A stretch of 64,000 nt of DNA, from IMG/VR virus record IMGVR_UViG_3300032315_001715, positions 310,001-374,000 of that record. The stretch is one strand, 5' to 3'. Numbering within the stretch: position 1 is the stretch's first letter; every line of letters begins with the position of its first letter. The notes under the pieces are model-generated. The model was given only the letters and a program-made list of their open reading frames with translations. It searched no databases and was not told where the DNA came from. The position numbers and the translations under genes were made by a program. This document shows positions 8,799-17,529 of the stretch, one piece after another.

Positions 8799-9431
8799 TT
8801 ACCAAGTGGTGCCGTCCCAGCCGACCCTTTTCCAAATATTGGTAATTCCGTCATATGTGCCTGAACACCAATAAAAATACCCAACGCTGAAAGCGATCTT
8901 GTTTAGCACGTCGCCCGGTTGCCCGACGGATGATGATGGCACCGATGCAACGAACACCGACGCTGGCCCGGTTGGCCCGGTTGGGCCACCGGGATTACCC
9001 CGTGGTCCGGTCGGCCCAAGAGAACCTGGTGTACCAGCTGGACCAGTAATGGCTGATCCTGTTAAGAAATGCACTATATCTATGGTAGCGTTTTCTATCG
9101 GTGCCGTGCTAAAGTTTATTTGATTGCCAATGATTGAATAGTTGGTCACTGCGGTCTGGACAAGACCATCAACGTTTACGATCATGTTGTAAACGCTAAC
9201 CGGAGTTAGGCTCATGGTAAATGTGGACGTTATACCGTTGCCTAAGAAGGTGTCAACCGTGAGTGCTGTTAAGAGAACTCCAGCCGGACCTTGTGACCCA
9301 GTTGGACCAGACGGTCCGGTTGGCCCAGTACGGCTCATGATCCATGCTTCTTGTGCTTCGCTGTATGTCCAGCTTCGGCTACCAAGGGAATATATCTGAC
9401 CGTCAGATGGACTCGAAGGAAATGCTGTCAT
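8799..9431 (-). CDS. collagen-like repeat virion/fibre protein
   Basis: GPT repeats, FPSSPSDGQIY N-terminus, TAAATA upstream. Confidence 0.7.
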   Translation of the reverse strand: MTAFPSSPSDGQIYSLGSRSWTYSEAQEAWIMSRTGPTGPSGPTGSQGPAGVLLTALTVDTFLGNGITSTFTMSLTPVSVYNMIVNVDGLVQTAVTNYSIIGNQINFSTAPIENATIDIVHFLTGSAITGPAGTPGSLGPTGPRGNPGGPTGPTGPASVFVASVPSSSVGQPGDVLNKIAFSVGYFYWCSGTYDGITNIWKRVGWDGTTW

Positions 9432-9481
9432 TGTGATCTATTTATTGGTTTTGCTACCACTAAATATCGTGTTCTATTAGC

Positions 9482-10300
9482 ATGGAGAAACATCTAATGA
9501 TGATGAGATTTTTGTTAGCAGCAATGCTAACAATGGCGGTAATACCTGTGGTCGCCGCACAACAGTTGCCCCCAAGGCAGCCAGCATTGTGCGCTGAGCA
9601 AGCACCTTACGGATTTCCTCAGGTTATGCGCCCAAATTCGTCGCTGATATGCAGAACCGCATATATTCTTCTTCATGATAACGATGCGCGTGTTGCACCG
9701 TGGGTAGCATACACGCTTACGGCTGAGAATGTGCTTGGATGTGAACCTCGGGTTAATGCGTTTTCTCCGGATCAAAGCCTGCATCGTGGACAGCGGGCAG
9801 AGTTGGTTGACTATGCGAACAGCGGTTTTGATACCGGGCACATGGCTAATAACGCTGATATGAGCTGGAATCAGCAGGTTGCTCGCGAAAGCTTCATACT
9901 CAGCAACATGGCCCCGCAGATACCAGCCCTCAATCGCGGGGCATGGAGACAGCTTGAATCAGCCATCAGGGGATGGGCGTTTAACAGCAATCATAGCTTG
10001 ACCATTTACACCGGATCGATATATGATCTAAACGGTCGCAGGATTGGGCCAAATGGGGTTGTCGTTCCTCGGGCATTTTACAAGATAGTGATTAATAACG
10101 CAACGCGCCAAAGCCTTGCATTTGTTTTTCCGCACCAAGATATCAACGATTTTCGAACCGTGCAATCTACGGTAGCCGATGTTGAAACTTTGTCAGGCAT
10201 TCGATTTTTCGTGCCAGATGACAAAGCGATTCGCCACGGTGTATGGCCGGTCGAAATGGCACCTCTGATGGCAGCTAGGCGAGCACGCTGTAGGAGTTGA
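9482..10300 (+). CDS. DNA/RNA non-specific endonuclease (NucA/EndA family) with signal peptide
   Basis: DTGHMA (DRGH-type), ESFILSNMAPQ, LNRGAWRQLE, VPRAFYKIV; hydrophobic N-terminus. Confidence 0.9.
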   Translation: MEKHLMMMRFLLAAMLTMAVIPVVAAQQLPPRQPALCAEQAPYGFPQVMRPNSSLICRTAYILLHDNDARVAPWVAYTLTAENVLGCEPRVNAFSPDQSLHRGQRAELVDYANSGFDTGHMANNADMSWNQQVARESFILSNMAPQIPALNRGAWRQLESAIRGWAFNSNHSLTIYTGSIYDLNGRRIGPNGVVVPRAFYKIVINNATRQSLAFVFPHQDINDFRTVQSTVADVETLSGIRFFVPDDKAIRHGVWPVEMAPLMAARRARCRS

Positions 10301-10325
10301 CCTTTTCGACGCCTTGTGATACGCT

Positions 10326-10802
10326 TTGATCATGTTGTATAGATCTCCAGACGCCCTTCCCTGGGTTTTCCAAGCCTCATCGATCTTCATCGCTGGAGGT
10401 ATCAGTGATTGCCCGGACTGGCAAACCGAACTGGTATCCATGATGGATACCGACAAGCATGACGTGGTTAATCCACGAAGGATTGGCGGGTTTGATAAGA
10501 CCGGGGCCACGGCCGAGGAGCAGATTAAATGGGAACATTCGGCACTTGCCCACGTGGAAAACTGCATCTTTTGGTTTCCAAAAGAAACACTGTGTCCTAT
10601 AACCCTGTTTGAGCTTGGAAAGATGCTTGAAAAGGCACGAAAGGATCCCATCATCAAGCTGGCTATCGGATGGCATCCCGAGTATGCCCGTGCGTTTGAT
10701 TTGCAGGTCCAGATTTCACTCATGGGCATGAAAAAGCAGATCATCCATGCTGCTCCCGGTTGGGACGAACTATGCAGTGTGATCAAGACAACCTGGGGCT
10801 AA
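10326..10802 (+). CDS. nucleoside 2-deoxyribosyltransferase-like protein
   Basis: IFIAGGI, DWQ, NPRR, EQIKWE, FWFP, CPITLFELG. Confidence 0.8.
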   Translation: MIMLYRSPDALPWVFQASSIFIAGGISDCPDWQTELVSMMDTDKHDVVNPRRIGGFDKTGATAEEQIKWEHSALAHVENCIFWFPKETLCPITLFELGKMLEKARKDPIIKLAIGWHPEYARAFDLQVQISLMGMKKQIIHAAPGWDELCSVIKTTWG

Positions 10803-11017
10803 CCGCCCGATGGGTTAACTGTCAATTCTATGGTAAAAATCGCTATTGGATCCATCATGCGAAACAATGGTGCGTGGAAAAGTTTGGAGAATCCTCCAAA
10901 TCTGGACAGTGGATCATGTATGTAACACCGGCTAAAATGACATACGACTCGGCACGAGTGGTGACTTTCTTTAAAAGTCAACAAGACATGGCGTGGTTCA
11001 ATCTAACATGGGATTGA
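10760..11017 (+). CDS. hypothetical protein (WCxExFG small-protein type)
   Basis: KQWCVEKFG...W, FFKSQQDMAWFNLTW; start uncertain. Confidence 0.6.
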   Translation: MGRTMQCDQDNLGLTARWVNCQFYGKNRYWIHHAKQWCVEKFGESSKSGQWIMYVTPAKMTYDSARVVTFFKSQQDMAWFNLTWD

Positions 11018-11042
11018 CACTCCGCTGATGATGTGTTAAATT
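11014..11042 (+). promoter_or_regulatory. sigma70-type promoter for tRNA pair
   Basis: TTGACA-N17-TAAATT just upstream of tRNA 1. Confidence 0.55.
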
Positions 11043-11050
11043 CACTAAAT

Positions 11051-11125
11051 GCTTTGCTGTGCTGGTGGACAGCCGGAGGCCTCTAAAACCTCGCAGTGAT
11101 GGTTCAATTCCGTCGCAGAGCACCA
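11051..11125 (+). tRNA. tRNA with CUA anticodon (amber suppressor-type), discriminator A73
   Basis: Acceptor GCTTTGC/GCAGAGC + ACCA; anticodon loop CT-CTA-AA (11083-11085); T arm GATGG-TTCAATT-CCGTC. Confidence 0.82.
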
Positions 11126-11130
11126 AGTTT

Positions 11131-11206
11131 GCTTCCATAGTTCAGTGGTCAGAACGGAGACCTCTAAATTCTCTTGTCGCAGGTTCGAATCCTGCTGGAA
11201 GCGCCA
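11131..11206 (+). tRNA. tRNA with CUA anticodon (amber suppressor-type), discriminator G73
   Basis: Acceptor GCTTCCA/TGGAAGC + GCCA; D arm GTTC/GAAC; loop CT-CTA-AA (11164-11166); T arm GCAGG-TTCGAAT-CCTGC. Confidence 0.9.
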
Positions 11207-11272
11207 ACATAAATAGGAACGATGATGAGCGAGCTGTAGAACCACCTTAAGACACACATCGATTTAACCTTG

Positions 11273-11304
11273 AACCTGCATGGCTTCTGTCATGCAGGTT
11301 TTTT
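11273..11304 (+). terminator. intrinsic terminator after tRNAs
   Basis: AACCTGCATGG-N6-TCATGCAGGTT followed by T run. Confidence 0.7.
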
Positions 11305-11332
11305 CTTGACCTCAAATCCAAAGGAGAAACAA

Positions 11333-11719
11333 ATGGAGGAAATACTCGAGGAAATACGCGGTATAGCACCGGGCTGGGCCGGGCCAACTACCAAAGCACC
11401 GAACCCTTGGATAGTGGAGAATTTTGAAACCATTATTGCAAGGCATCTTCATTCGGTTCGAAATCCTGATGAGATTGAAATTGATCCAGATGACGGTGCA
11501 ATAACGATTTACTGGTCCAGTCGTGAGCTCAAGCAAACCTTCTCATTATCGTTCCAGTCTAGAACAACGATCATTGGGGTTCTAACGGATCTTCACAATT
11601 ACACGGGATATCCACCGTGGCGACTGCCAATTGAGGATTTGGGATCCATACAAGAAAAGCTAAATCACCCCGCGGTTAAAATACTAACAACCATTGCTAA
11701 CCACAACAGGAGCGAATGA
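11333..11719 (+). CDS. hypothetical protein
   Basis: AAGGAG RBS before ATG 11333. Confidence 0.65.
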   Translation: MEEILEEIRGIAPGWAGPTTKAPNPWIVENFETIIARHLHSVRNPDEIEIDPDDGAITIYWSSRELKQTFSLSFQSRTTIIGVLTDLHNYTGYPPWRLPIEDLGSIQEKLNHPAVKILTTIANHNRSE

Positions 11720-11720
11720 T

Positions 11721-12305
11721 ATGACCACAGAAATCGCATGCAAGGACGCTATTTTCCATTTTAACAAGCATCATTTAGTGGATCCAACCACTCCGCCGTG
11801 GACCATCAAGACCGGCGGCAAGACCTATTACGTGAATCACGTTGAGTGTAACTTACCTTGGAGCACCAAGGAAACACCTGATAATGCCAGCACCAAGGGC
11901 GCAATCAAGATCAAGAAAGCGCTGCTGATCATCAACGACAGCAACGACGCCGAGCTTCGACAGCTTACCAACGGAGATCTTTCAAGGATACGGGCCAACA
12001 AAAGAAACTATGCCAGGATCCTTGTCAGCAGCCGCAAGGACGAGATCAAGGAGTATCTCAAGAAAAACTCCATCTCTCACGGTAAGATCGTACCGGTCTC
12101 TGGTAGCTGCGGATCTTCGTTTGATTTGATTGATATCAAGAATAAATCGGACATGGTGCTGTTATCCCTGTCATTCCATGATTGTTATCGTATCCTTCAA
12201 CCAAATGAAGTTTACTACAAGGTCTATGACGATCCTGATCTTCTTGCTCGCCTCGATGCTGACGATTACTATGACGGCGACAATGATGACGACTCTGAAG
12301 AATAA
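11721..12305 (+). CDS. hypothetical protein
   Basis: AGGAG RBS; FHFNKHHL..PPWTIK..YYVNHV motif; acidic tail. Confidence 0.7.
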   Translation: MTTEIACKDAIFHFNKHHLVDPTTPPWTIKTGGKTYYVNHVECNLPWSTKETPDNASTKGAIKIKKALLIINDSNDAELRQLTNGDLSRIRANKRNYARILVSSRKDEIKEYLKKNSISHGKIVPVSGSCGSSFDLIDIKNKSDMVLLSLSFHDCYRILQPNEVYYKVYDDPDLLARLDADDYYDGDNDDDSEE

Positions 12306-12317
12306 CTAGACCGTGCC

Positions 12318-13184
12318 ATGTTTACATCGCAAAATACAGTCATGAAACCAAAGATATTAACAGTAGGGCATGCTTGCCTAGATATCGTGCATACCGTCCA
12401 GCTGATACCAAAATCAAACACCAAGGTTGCTAGCGACAGGGTGCAGATACAGGTAGGGGGTAATGCGGCTAATGCTGCGGTTGCACTGTGTGATCTAGGA
12501 GCTAGTGCTGATCTATGTACGGTGCTTGGTCGGGATTCACACCCTTTCACCCGGATACTGTTAGCATTGCTAAAGGAACGATGCGTTGGCGTCAATTACT
12601 GTCGATTTGACGAGGTCCAGGATTGCCCGAATTCAACCATCATGGTATTGCCAAATGGTGAACGGGCTATCGTAAACTGGCAAGCAGATGAAATACGATC
12701 TGCCGTGTCAGCACCGGCATCTCTAGACCCATATCAAATGGTCATTGCCGATGCATATCGATTACCAATGATTCGACAGATATTTGCCCTGGCTCGAAGC
12801 AAGGGTGTGCCGACCATGCTTGATGTTGACGGAGTGTTACCTGACATTGGACTGCTACCTTCGGCTGACCATATATGGTTTAGCCAAGAAGCGTGGCGAT
12901 GCCAGCGGATATCATTATCGGATTTACAGGCTAGATTTGGAGGCATCGTTGGTGTAACCGACGGCGATCGTCCGGTAACCTGGATTGATCGAGATGGCAA
13001 GATACGATATCATCAGCCGCCCCAAGTTATTGCTAAAAATACGCTTGGGGCAGGCGACGTGTTTCGAGCTAGATTAGCTCTTGGGCTTTGCTTGAACGAA
13101 TCCGTCAAAGATGCGATTAATGCCGCTTGCATAACCGCAGGTGAGCACATTATCGAACAACCGCTAACTAGGACCATCCAATGA
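12318..13184 (+). CDS. PfkB family carbohydrate kinase
   Basis: GGNAANAAVAL, NTLGAGDVF. Confidence 0.9.
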   Translation: MFTSQNTVMKPKILTVGHACLDIVHTVQLIPKSNTKVASDRVQIQVGGNAANAAVALCDLGASADLCTVLGRDSHPFTRILLALLKERCVGVNYCRFDEVQDCPNSTIMVLPNGERAIVNWQADEIRSAVSAPASLDPYQMVIADAYRLPMIRQIFALARSKGVPTMLDVDGVLPDIGLLPSADHIWFSQEAWRCQRISLSDLQARFGGIVGVTDGDRPVTWIDRDGKIRYHQPPQVIAKNTLGAGDVFRARLALGLCLNESVKDAINAACITAGEHIIEQPLTRTIQ

Positions 13185-14032
13185 AAACCCTAACCAGCAA
13201 CGTTGATTCCAGCGTAAATTTCATCGAAAAGGAATTAACTGGGTTCATCGAAAGCCGATATGTCAGGCGGCGTCGAGAATATTTCATTGCGTATCTCAGC
13301 AGCCAGACCGGTTGCAATCGAGGATGCAAGATGTGCCATCTCACCGCTACTAAGCAAACGCAATCCACAAATTGTGATCTGCAGGATTTTGTTGATCAGC
13401 TTGAAACAGTGTTTGCACACTACGACAAGGATTTACCTGCCGATTACATCCATGTAAACTGGATGGCTAGGGGAGAACCACTGGCTAATCCTACTGTTAC
13501 AGAGACTGGCACCGAATTGCTGATTAGATTGGGACAAATGGCTAGATCCAGGAATCTGCCTATCAAGTTCAATGTATCTACCATCATGCCGTTGACCATG
13601 AGAAAATCGTTGGTTGAGGTCTTCCCCGTGATAACACCGACCATTTATTATAGCATCTATTCGGCTAACCAGGACTTCCGTAACAAGTGGTTACCCGGAG
13701 CAATGCCGATTGATCGATCACTGAAAATGCTGGCCGAATATCAAAGATTCAGCAAAAAGATCATCAAATTTCACGGCGCGTTTATCAAGGACGAAAATGA
13801 TCGAGAAAAAGATGTATTAAATATGCTCACAGCCATACAACAGCACGGCATAGTTGGGGAATTCAACATCGTGAGATACAATCCATTTAGCGATGATCAG
13901 GGTGTTGAAAGTCCGTATCTAAAGCAGATCATGCAGTTGATCGCCGAGCGCATGCCATGCAAGATCATCCCTAGGGTTGGCGAGGATGTTTATGCCAGCT
14001 GCGGAACGTTTGTCGGAGAGGGTACCATTTGA
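13181..14032 (+). CDS. RlmN/Cfr-like radical SAM protein (divergent)
   Basis: SSQTGCNRGCKMC (CxxxCxxC), MARGEP (cf. MGMGEP), C-terminal ASCG. Confidence 0.8.
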   Translation: MKTLTSNVDSSVNFIEKELTGFIESRYVRRRREYFIAYLSSQTGCNRGCKMCHLTATKQTQSTNCDLQDFVDQLETVFAHYDKDLPADYIHVNWMARGEPLANPTVTETGTELLIRLGQMARSRNLPIKFNVSTIMPLTMRKSLVEVFPVITPTIYYSIYSANQDFRNKWLPGAMPIDRSLKMLAEYQRFSKKIIKFHGAFIKDENDREKDVLNMLTAIQQHGIVGEFNIVRYNPFSDDQGVESPYLKQIMQLIAERMPCKIIPRVGEDVYASCGTFVGEGTI

Positions 14033-14268
14033 TGATAACGATACTATCAACTACCCCTGATATGATCCATACTGGCATTAAGGATGGCAATGATGGAAAG
14101 CAGATATGCATAGCCATGGCACAGGATGTTGTTGACGCCATACGCTGGGTGCAAGAACATCGCAAGAAAATGGAAGCAGAAATTGAGCTTCGTAACAGCA
14201 CCCCAGCATTGGCCAGTGCGTGGGATCAGTATCAGGTCATGCTTCGCATAGTGATGGACGATGTCTAA
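14029..14268 (+). CDS. hypothetical protein
   Basis: TPALASAWDQYQVML motif; coupled to upstream gene. Confidence 0.65.
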   Translation: MMITILSTTPDMIHTGIKDGNDGKQICIAMAQDVVDAIRWVQEHRKKMEAEIELRNSTPALASAWDQYQVMLRIVMDDV

Positions 14269-14285
14269 CAGATATAAATACTAAT

Positions 14286-14864
14286 ATGTTTAGTGGACTA
14301 ACCAGCAAGCTGTTAATAGCGCAGATGGTAGTGATCATTTGCATGGCTACGGCAGGATATTTTTATTTTAATCATAGCCAATCGGTTATTACTGGTCTAA
14401 CGGCTGATAAAACACGACTAGAACTAGCTGTACAAACCCAAGAAGCAACAATCGCCGCTCAACAAGAGGCAGCAAGCCGGCAGAATACCGAAAGCGTTCA
14501 GTTACAACGACGCCTTGTTGATGCCGAGACCCAACGACGCACACTGGAAACAAGGCTTAGAAGCCAAAATTTAGAAGCCATGGCTAGGACTAACAGCGCG
14601 GATCTCGAACAGCGTATTAATAGAGCAACAACGCAAGCCTTCCGTGACATTGAAAATCTAACAAGACCAACTGACAGACCGGTGCCGGCAGCAACACCGC
14701 CGCAGCCCACAACCTTGCCGGCAACGTCTCAGCCGTCTGGTTCAACCAATCCTCGGATCGCGCCAGCGGCGATAACACAGCCGACGGTCCTTCCGGCAAC
14801 GTCTCAGCCGTCTGGTTCAACCAATCCTCAGCCTCCACCGAGGCCGCCGAGGCAATACCCATGA
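14286..14864 (+). CDS. putative inner-membrane spanin (Rz-like)
   Basis: N-terminal TM helix + coiled coil; TATAAATA at 14273; followed by lipoprotein gene. Confidence 0.65.
   Translation: MFSGLTSKLLIAQMVVIICMATAGYFYFNHSQSVITGLTADKTRLELAVQTQEATIAAQQEAASRQNTESVQLQRRLVDAETQRRTLETRLRSQNLEAMARTNSADLEQRINRATTQAFRDIENLTRPTDRPVPAATPPQPTTLPATSQPSGSTNPRIAPAAITQPTVLPATSQPSGSTNPQPPPRPPRQYP
14718..14829 (+). repeat. 37-bp exact direct repeat (14718-14754, 14793-14829)
   Basis: CCGGCAACGTCTCAGCCGTCTGGTTCAACCAATCCTC twice, period 75 nt, in frame. Confidence 0.9.
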
Positions 14865-15223
14865 TGAAATCCCTAATATCCATAGCATCTATTCTTTTTC
14901 TAACCGCATGTTCATCGTCGGGTAACATCAGAATAACTTCTAGACCACTTGAAATTGATATTACTAGGACCGCTGATCCGACCGGGATACAAATGCTTCC
15001 GGTGAATTTCAGGGTGGTTACCCGAGAAACTCTTGCATCGTTTATGGATGAATTGTCCAGAAGCCAGGGAAATTCATCCCCGGTTTTTATCGCCATTACC
15101 ACCAGGGATTATGAAAATCTAAGCTTGAATCTTTCAGATTTACGGCGATACATCGAGCAACAACAAGCGGTAATCATTTACTATCGACAGCTGACAACAC
15201 GTAATCCAACCGGTAATCAATGA
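14861..15223 (+). CDS. putative outer-membrane spanin lipoprotein (Rz1-like)
   Basis: Lipobox FLTAC; overlaps end of i-spanin. Confidence 0.65.
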   Translation: MMKSLISIASILFLTACSSSGNIRITSRPLEIDITRTADPTGIQMLPVNFRVVTRETLASFMDELSRSQGNSSPVFIAITTRDYENLSLNLSDLRRYIEQQQAVIIYYRQLTTRNPTGNQ

Positions 15224-15287
15224 GCATTTAATTATATCCATACCGACCTTTAAATATCATTATTAAGTTAAAAGGTCCAGATGTAAC

Positions 15288-15788
15288 ATGCCAATTTCCG
15301 GTACAAATAATATGCCACCGATCGATGAGGCTGATCCACAGCCTCGCCGTACTGCTCAGGACGAAATCGATCTGATGGATCCACATAATACCACATTATC
15401 GGGAAGTTCTAACTCGGTGCAATCTTCGTCTGAGGCCCAACAATCGGGAGCCACAATGTCTTATACCCAAAATCAACGATCAGATTCGCCAGGCCAGATC
15501 AACATTGACCATTCCATGAAAATACAAGAAGAACACTGGATCAAATCATATTGGAGACCTGCCATGGGCTGGCTGTATATGTTGATTTGTTTTGTGGATT
15601 TTGTGGTGTTTCCGGCGTTGGCCATGTTTTTACCGGCCTTTTTCTCCGGAGTTGGTATTACAATGCCATATACCGCATGGCAAAGCCTGTCGTTAAGCAA
15701 CGGTGGATTGGTCCATGTTGCCTTTGGTGCGATATTGGGTGTTACAGCATGGAGCCGAGGCCAGGAAAAGCTTAATGGTACTAGATGA
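15288..15788 (+). CDS. putative holin (3TM-type)
   Basis: WRPAMGWLY...FVVFP...GAILGVTAWSRGQEK; next to spanins. Confidence 0.65.
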   Translation: MPISGTNNMPPIDEADPQPRRTAQDEIDLMDPHNTTLSGSSNSVQSSSEAQQSGATMSYTQNQRSDSPGQINIDHSMKIQEEHWIKSYWRPAMGWLYMLICFVDFVVFPALAMFLPAFFSGVGITMPYTAWQSLSLSNGGLVHVAFGAILGVTAWSRGQEKLNGTR

Positions 15789-15802
15789 TGTGTTAGGATT
15801 GG

Positions 15803-15907
15803 TTACTTGTAGATATACGGATCCCTCTTTCTCATTTCCTTTAGTTTACGCTTAAAAGCAAAATGATCCTGGATCTTTTGATACAATCTAGCTATGAAAT
15901 TAAACAT
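15803..15907 (-). CDS. 34-aa conserved small phage protein
   Basis: MFNFIARLYQKIQDHFAFKRKLKEMRKRDPYIYK; KRDPxIYK ending recalled from T4-like phages; not in ORF track. Confidence 0.55.
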   Translation of the reverse strand: MFNFIARLYQKIQDHFAFKRKLKEMRKRDPYIYK

Positions 15908-16856
15908 GTTGCTTCCTTTCTAACGGTAGAAGATCTTTAAATCTTCTCTTTTTAATTGAATTTTTTTGATTTGAAAGATGTTGATGCAGATATTCTGCCC
16001 ATGCGCCGTGACTGATGGGGCTTGGATGCCAATTGATCATGCGATCATTTTTATCCACGTATTGATCGATGTATGATTTGAATGACCCTTGATCCTTGAG
16101 TATGAACCGTTCCTTGATCATATCCCATTGGAGCTTTAAGATGTCGATCTTGTTTTCCCAGTTATTCAACGGATCAGTCCAGCCTCCGAACTTGGATATA
16201 TCCCACGATTCAATGGTATCTTTGATGTTCACCGATTTCCACATCGATGGATTTGCGGATGGTGTTTCGTAAAACGCATTGAAGCAATGATAGTTGATCT
16301 TGTGGTGATCACAAAATAGCTTTAGATTATGATTTTGTTCAATAAATCTAGAGATGTATTCAGCTTCGGTCCAAAGATGTCGAACATGCATTTTAAAATA
16401 GCTCTTGGCTGCACTAGATACATAATAGGATGTTTCCCGCATGGCCGGCCATATGGTTTGCATGTATGTGTAACCATTTTCGTCGATGATCACATTTTTT
16501 CGTTCAGGGCTTGACCATCCGATCATTACCAGTAAATCGTTAGTAGGTCTTCCAGGTATGACATAGTTCTTTAGTAACCATGAAATGGTTGACTCGTATA
16601 TCCCATCGTTGCTTCTAGCTGGCCAGCCAAGATTTACGTTTTCGCATCCAATTTTTTCTGCTAGGATGGTCGGCCAAATTCTTGGTATCCGATAGTAATC
16701 ATTTTCTTGATCTGTATCAAACCGCCCTTTTTTGTAACGGTTGCCCATGCCGTAGCCTTTTTTTCCCGGACCAGCAAGAAATTCCGGAGCCATGATTTCG
16801 CTGCCGTATGTCCAACTGTCGCCATTGGTTACCAATGTTCGGATCGTATTAAGCAT
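15900..16856 (-). CDS. SGNH/GDSL-like hydrolase or acyltransferase
   Basis: LVTNGDSWTYG, ARSN, MIGWSSPER, WHPS..SHGAWA. Confidence 0.65.
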   Translation of the reverse strand: MLNTIRTLVTNGDSWTYGSEIMAPEFLAGPGKKGYGMGNRYKKGRFDTDQENDYYRIPRIWPTILAEKIGCENVNLGWPARSNDGIYESTISWLLKNYVIPGRPTNDLLVMIGWSSPERKNVIIDENGYTYMQTIWPAMRETSYYVSSAAKSYFKMHVRHLWTEAEYISRFIEQNHNLKLFCDHHKINYHCFNAFYETPSANPSMWKSVNIKDTIESWDISKFGGWTDPLNNWENKIDILKLQWDMIKERFILKDQGSFKSYIDQYVDKNDRMINWHPSPISHGAWAEYLHQHLSNQKNSIKKRRFKDLLPLERKQHV

Positions 16857-17529
16857 GTAAACCTCCCATGATCGATATGTTTCGTATTGCGGCCCATTTC
16901 CATAACAACGCTCCTAGACTGGCGGTTTGATAAGCCGGATCTAGATTAGAGGTTTGTACCATTTTCCACAATGACTCGTCGTCATATGCCAGTGAAACAC
17001 GCGACATGGTATCAATGTCAGCTGACCGGCCAACAAACATCGAGTCGTTAATTGACCATAGCCCGTTGCCAAATACGTCCTTTTTGACAGCTGATCGTAT
17101 CACACCGCCCCATTCGACTGAATTTCTCTTACCGAGCATTATCCTCGACGTCATTTCGGTTGACCGCAGACCTTGCAACGATCTAACCATAACTAAATCA
17201 AAACGTTGATTGTTTTCAATCTCATGGTTTTTCTTGTTGAGAATTGAAAGATACATTGCTCGAAGATGATCGGTATGTTGATATAGATGTGCGTCGGTGA
17301 TGCCTGGCCCGTGATTAACGATGTCACCTAGGTGATGTCGCCGAGGATTTCTCGTTGGTGATGATCTAGTAACATTGAAATTCATCGGGAAAACCCCAGT
17401 ATCGTTACCAACAACATGGGTAAAAATGGTGATAGTCGCATTGTCAACGGGTGGTAACGGCTCGATCTCCGATCGAGAGTCGTCGGATACACCATATATA
17501 CATACAGCAATGTTGTTATATGATTTCAT
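16849..17529 (-). CDS. putative glycosyltransferase-like protein
   Basis: IAVCIYG, FDLVMVRS, INDSMFVG; resembles neighbour. Confidence 0.5.
   Translation of the reverse strand: MKSYNNIAVCIYGVSDDSRSEIEPLPPVDNATITIFTHVVGNDTGVFPMNFNVTRSSPTRNPRRHHLGDIVNHGPGITDAHLYQHTDHLRAMYLSILNKKNHEIENNQRFDLVMVRSLQGLRSTEMTSRIMLGKRNSVEWGGVIRSAVKKDVFGNGLWSINDSMFVGRSADIDTMSRVSLAYDDESLWKMVQTSNLDPAYQTASLGALLWKWAAIRNISIMGGLHA

Noticed and set aside
11051-11206. tRNA-Pyl assignment
   Set aside because: Normal T-loop, 5-nt variable loop and ordinary-length anticodon stem; no pyl genes seen.
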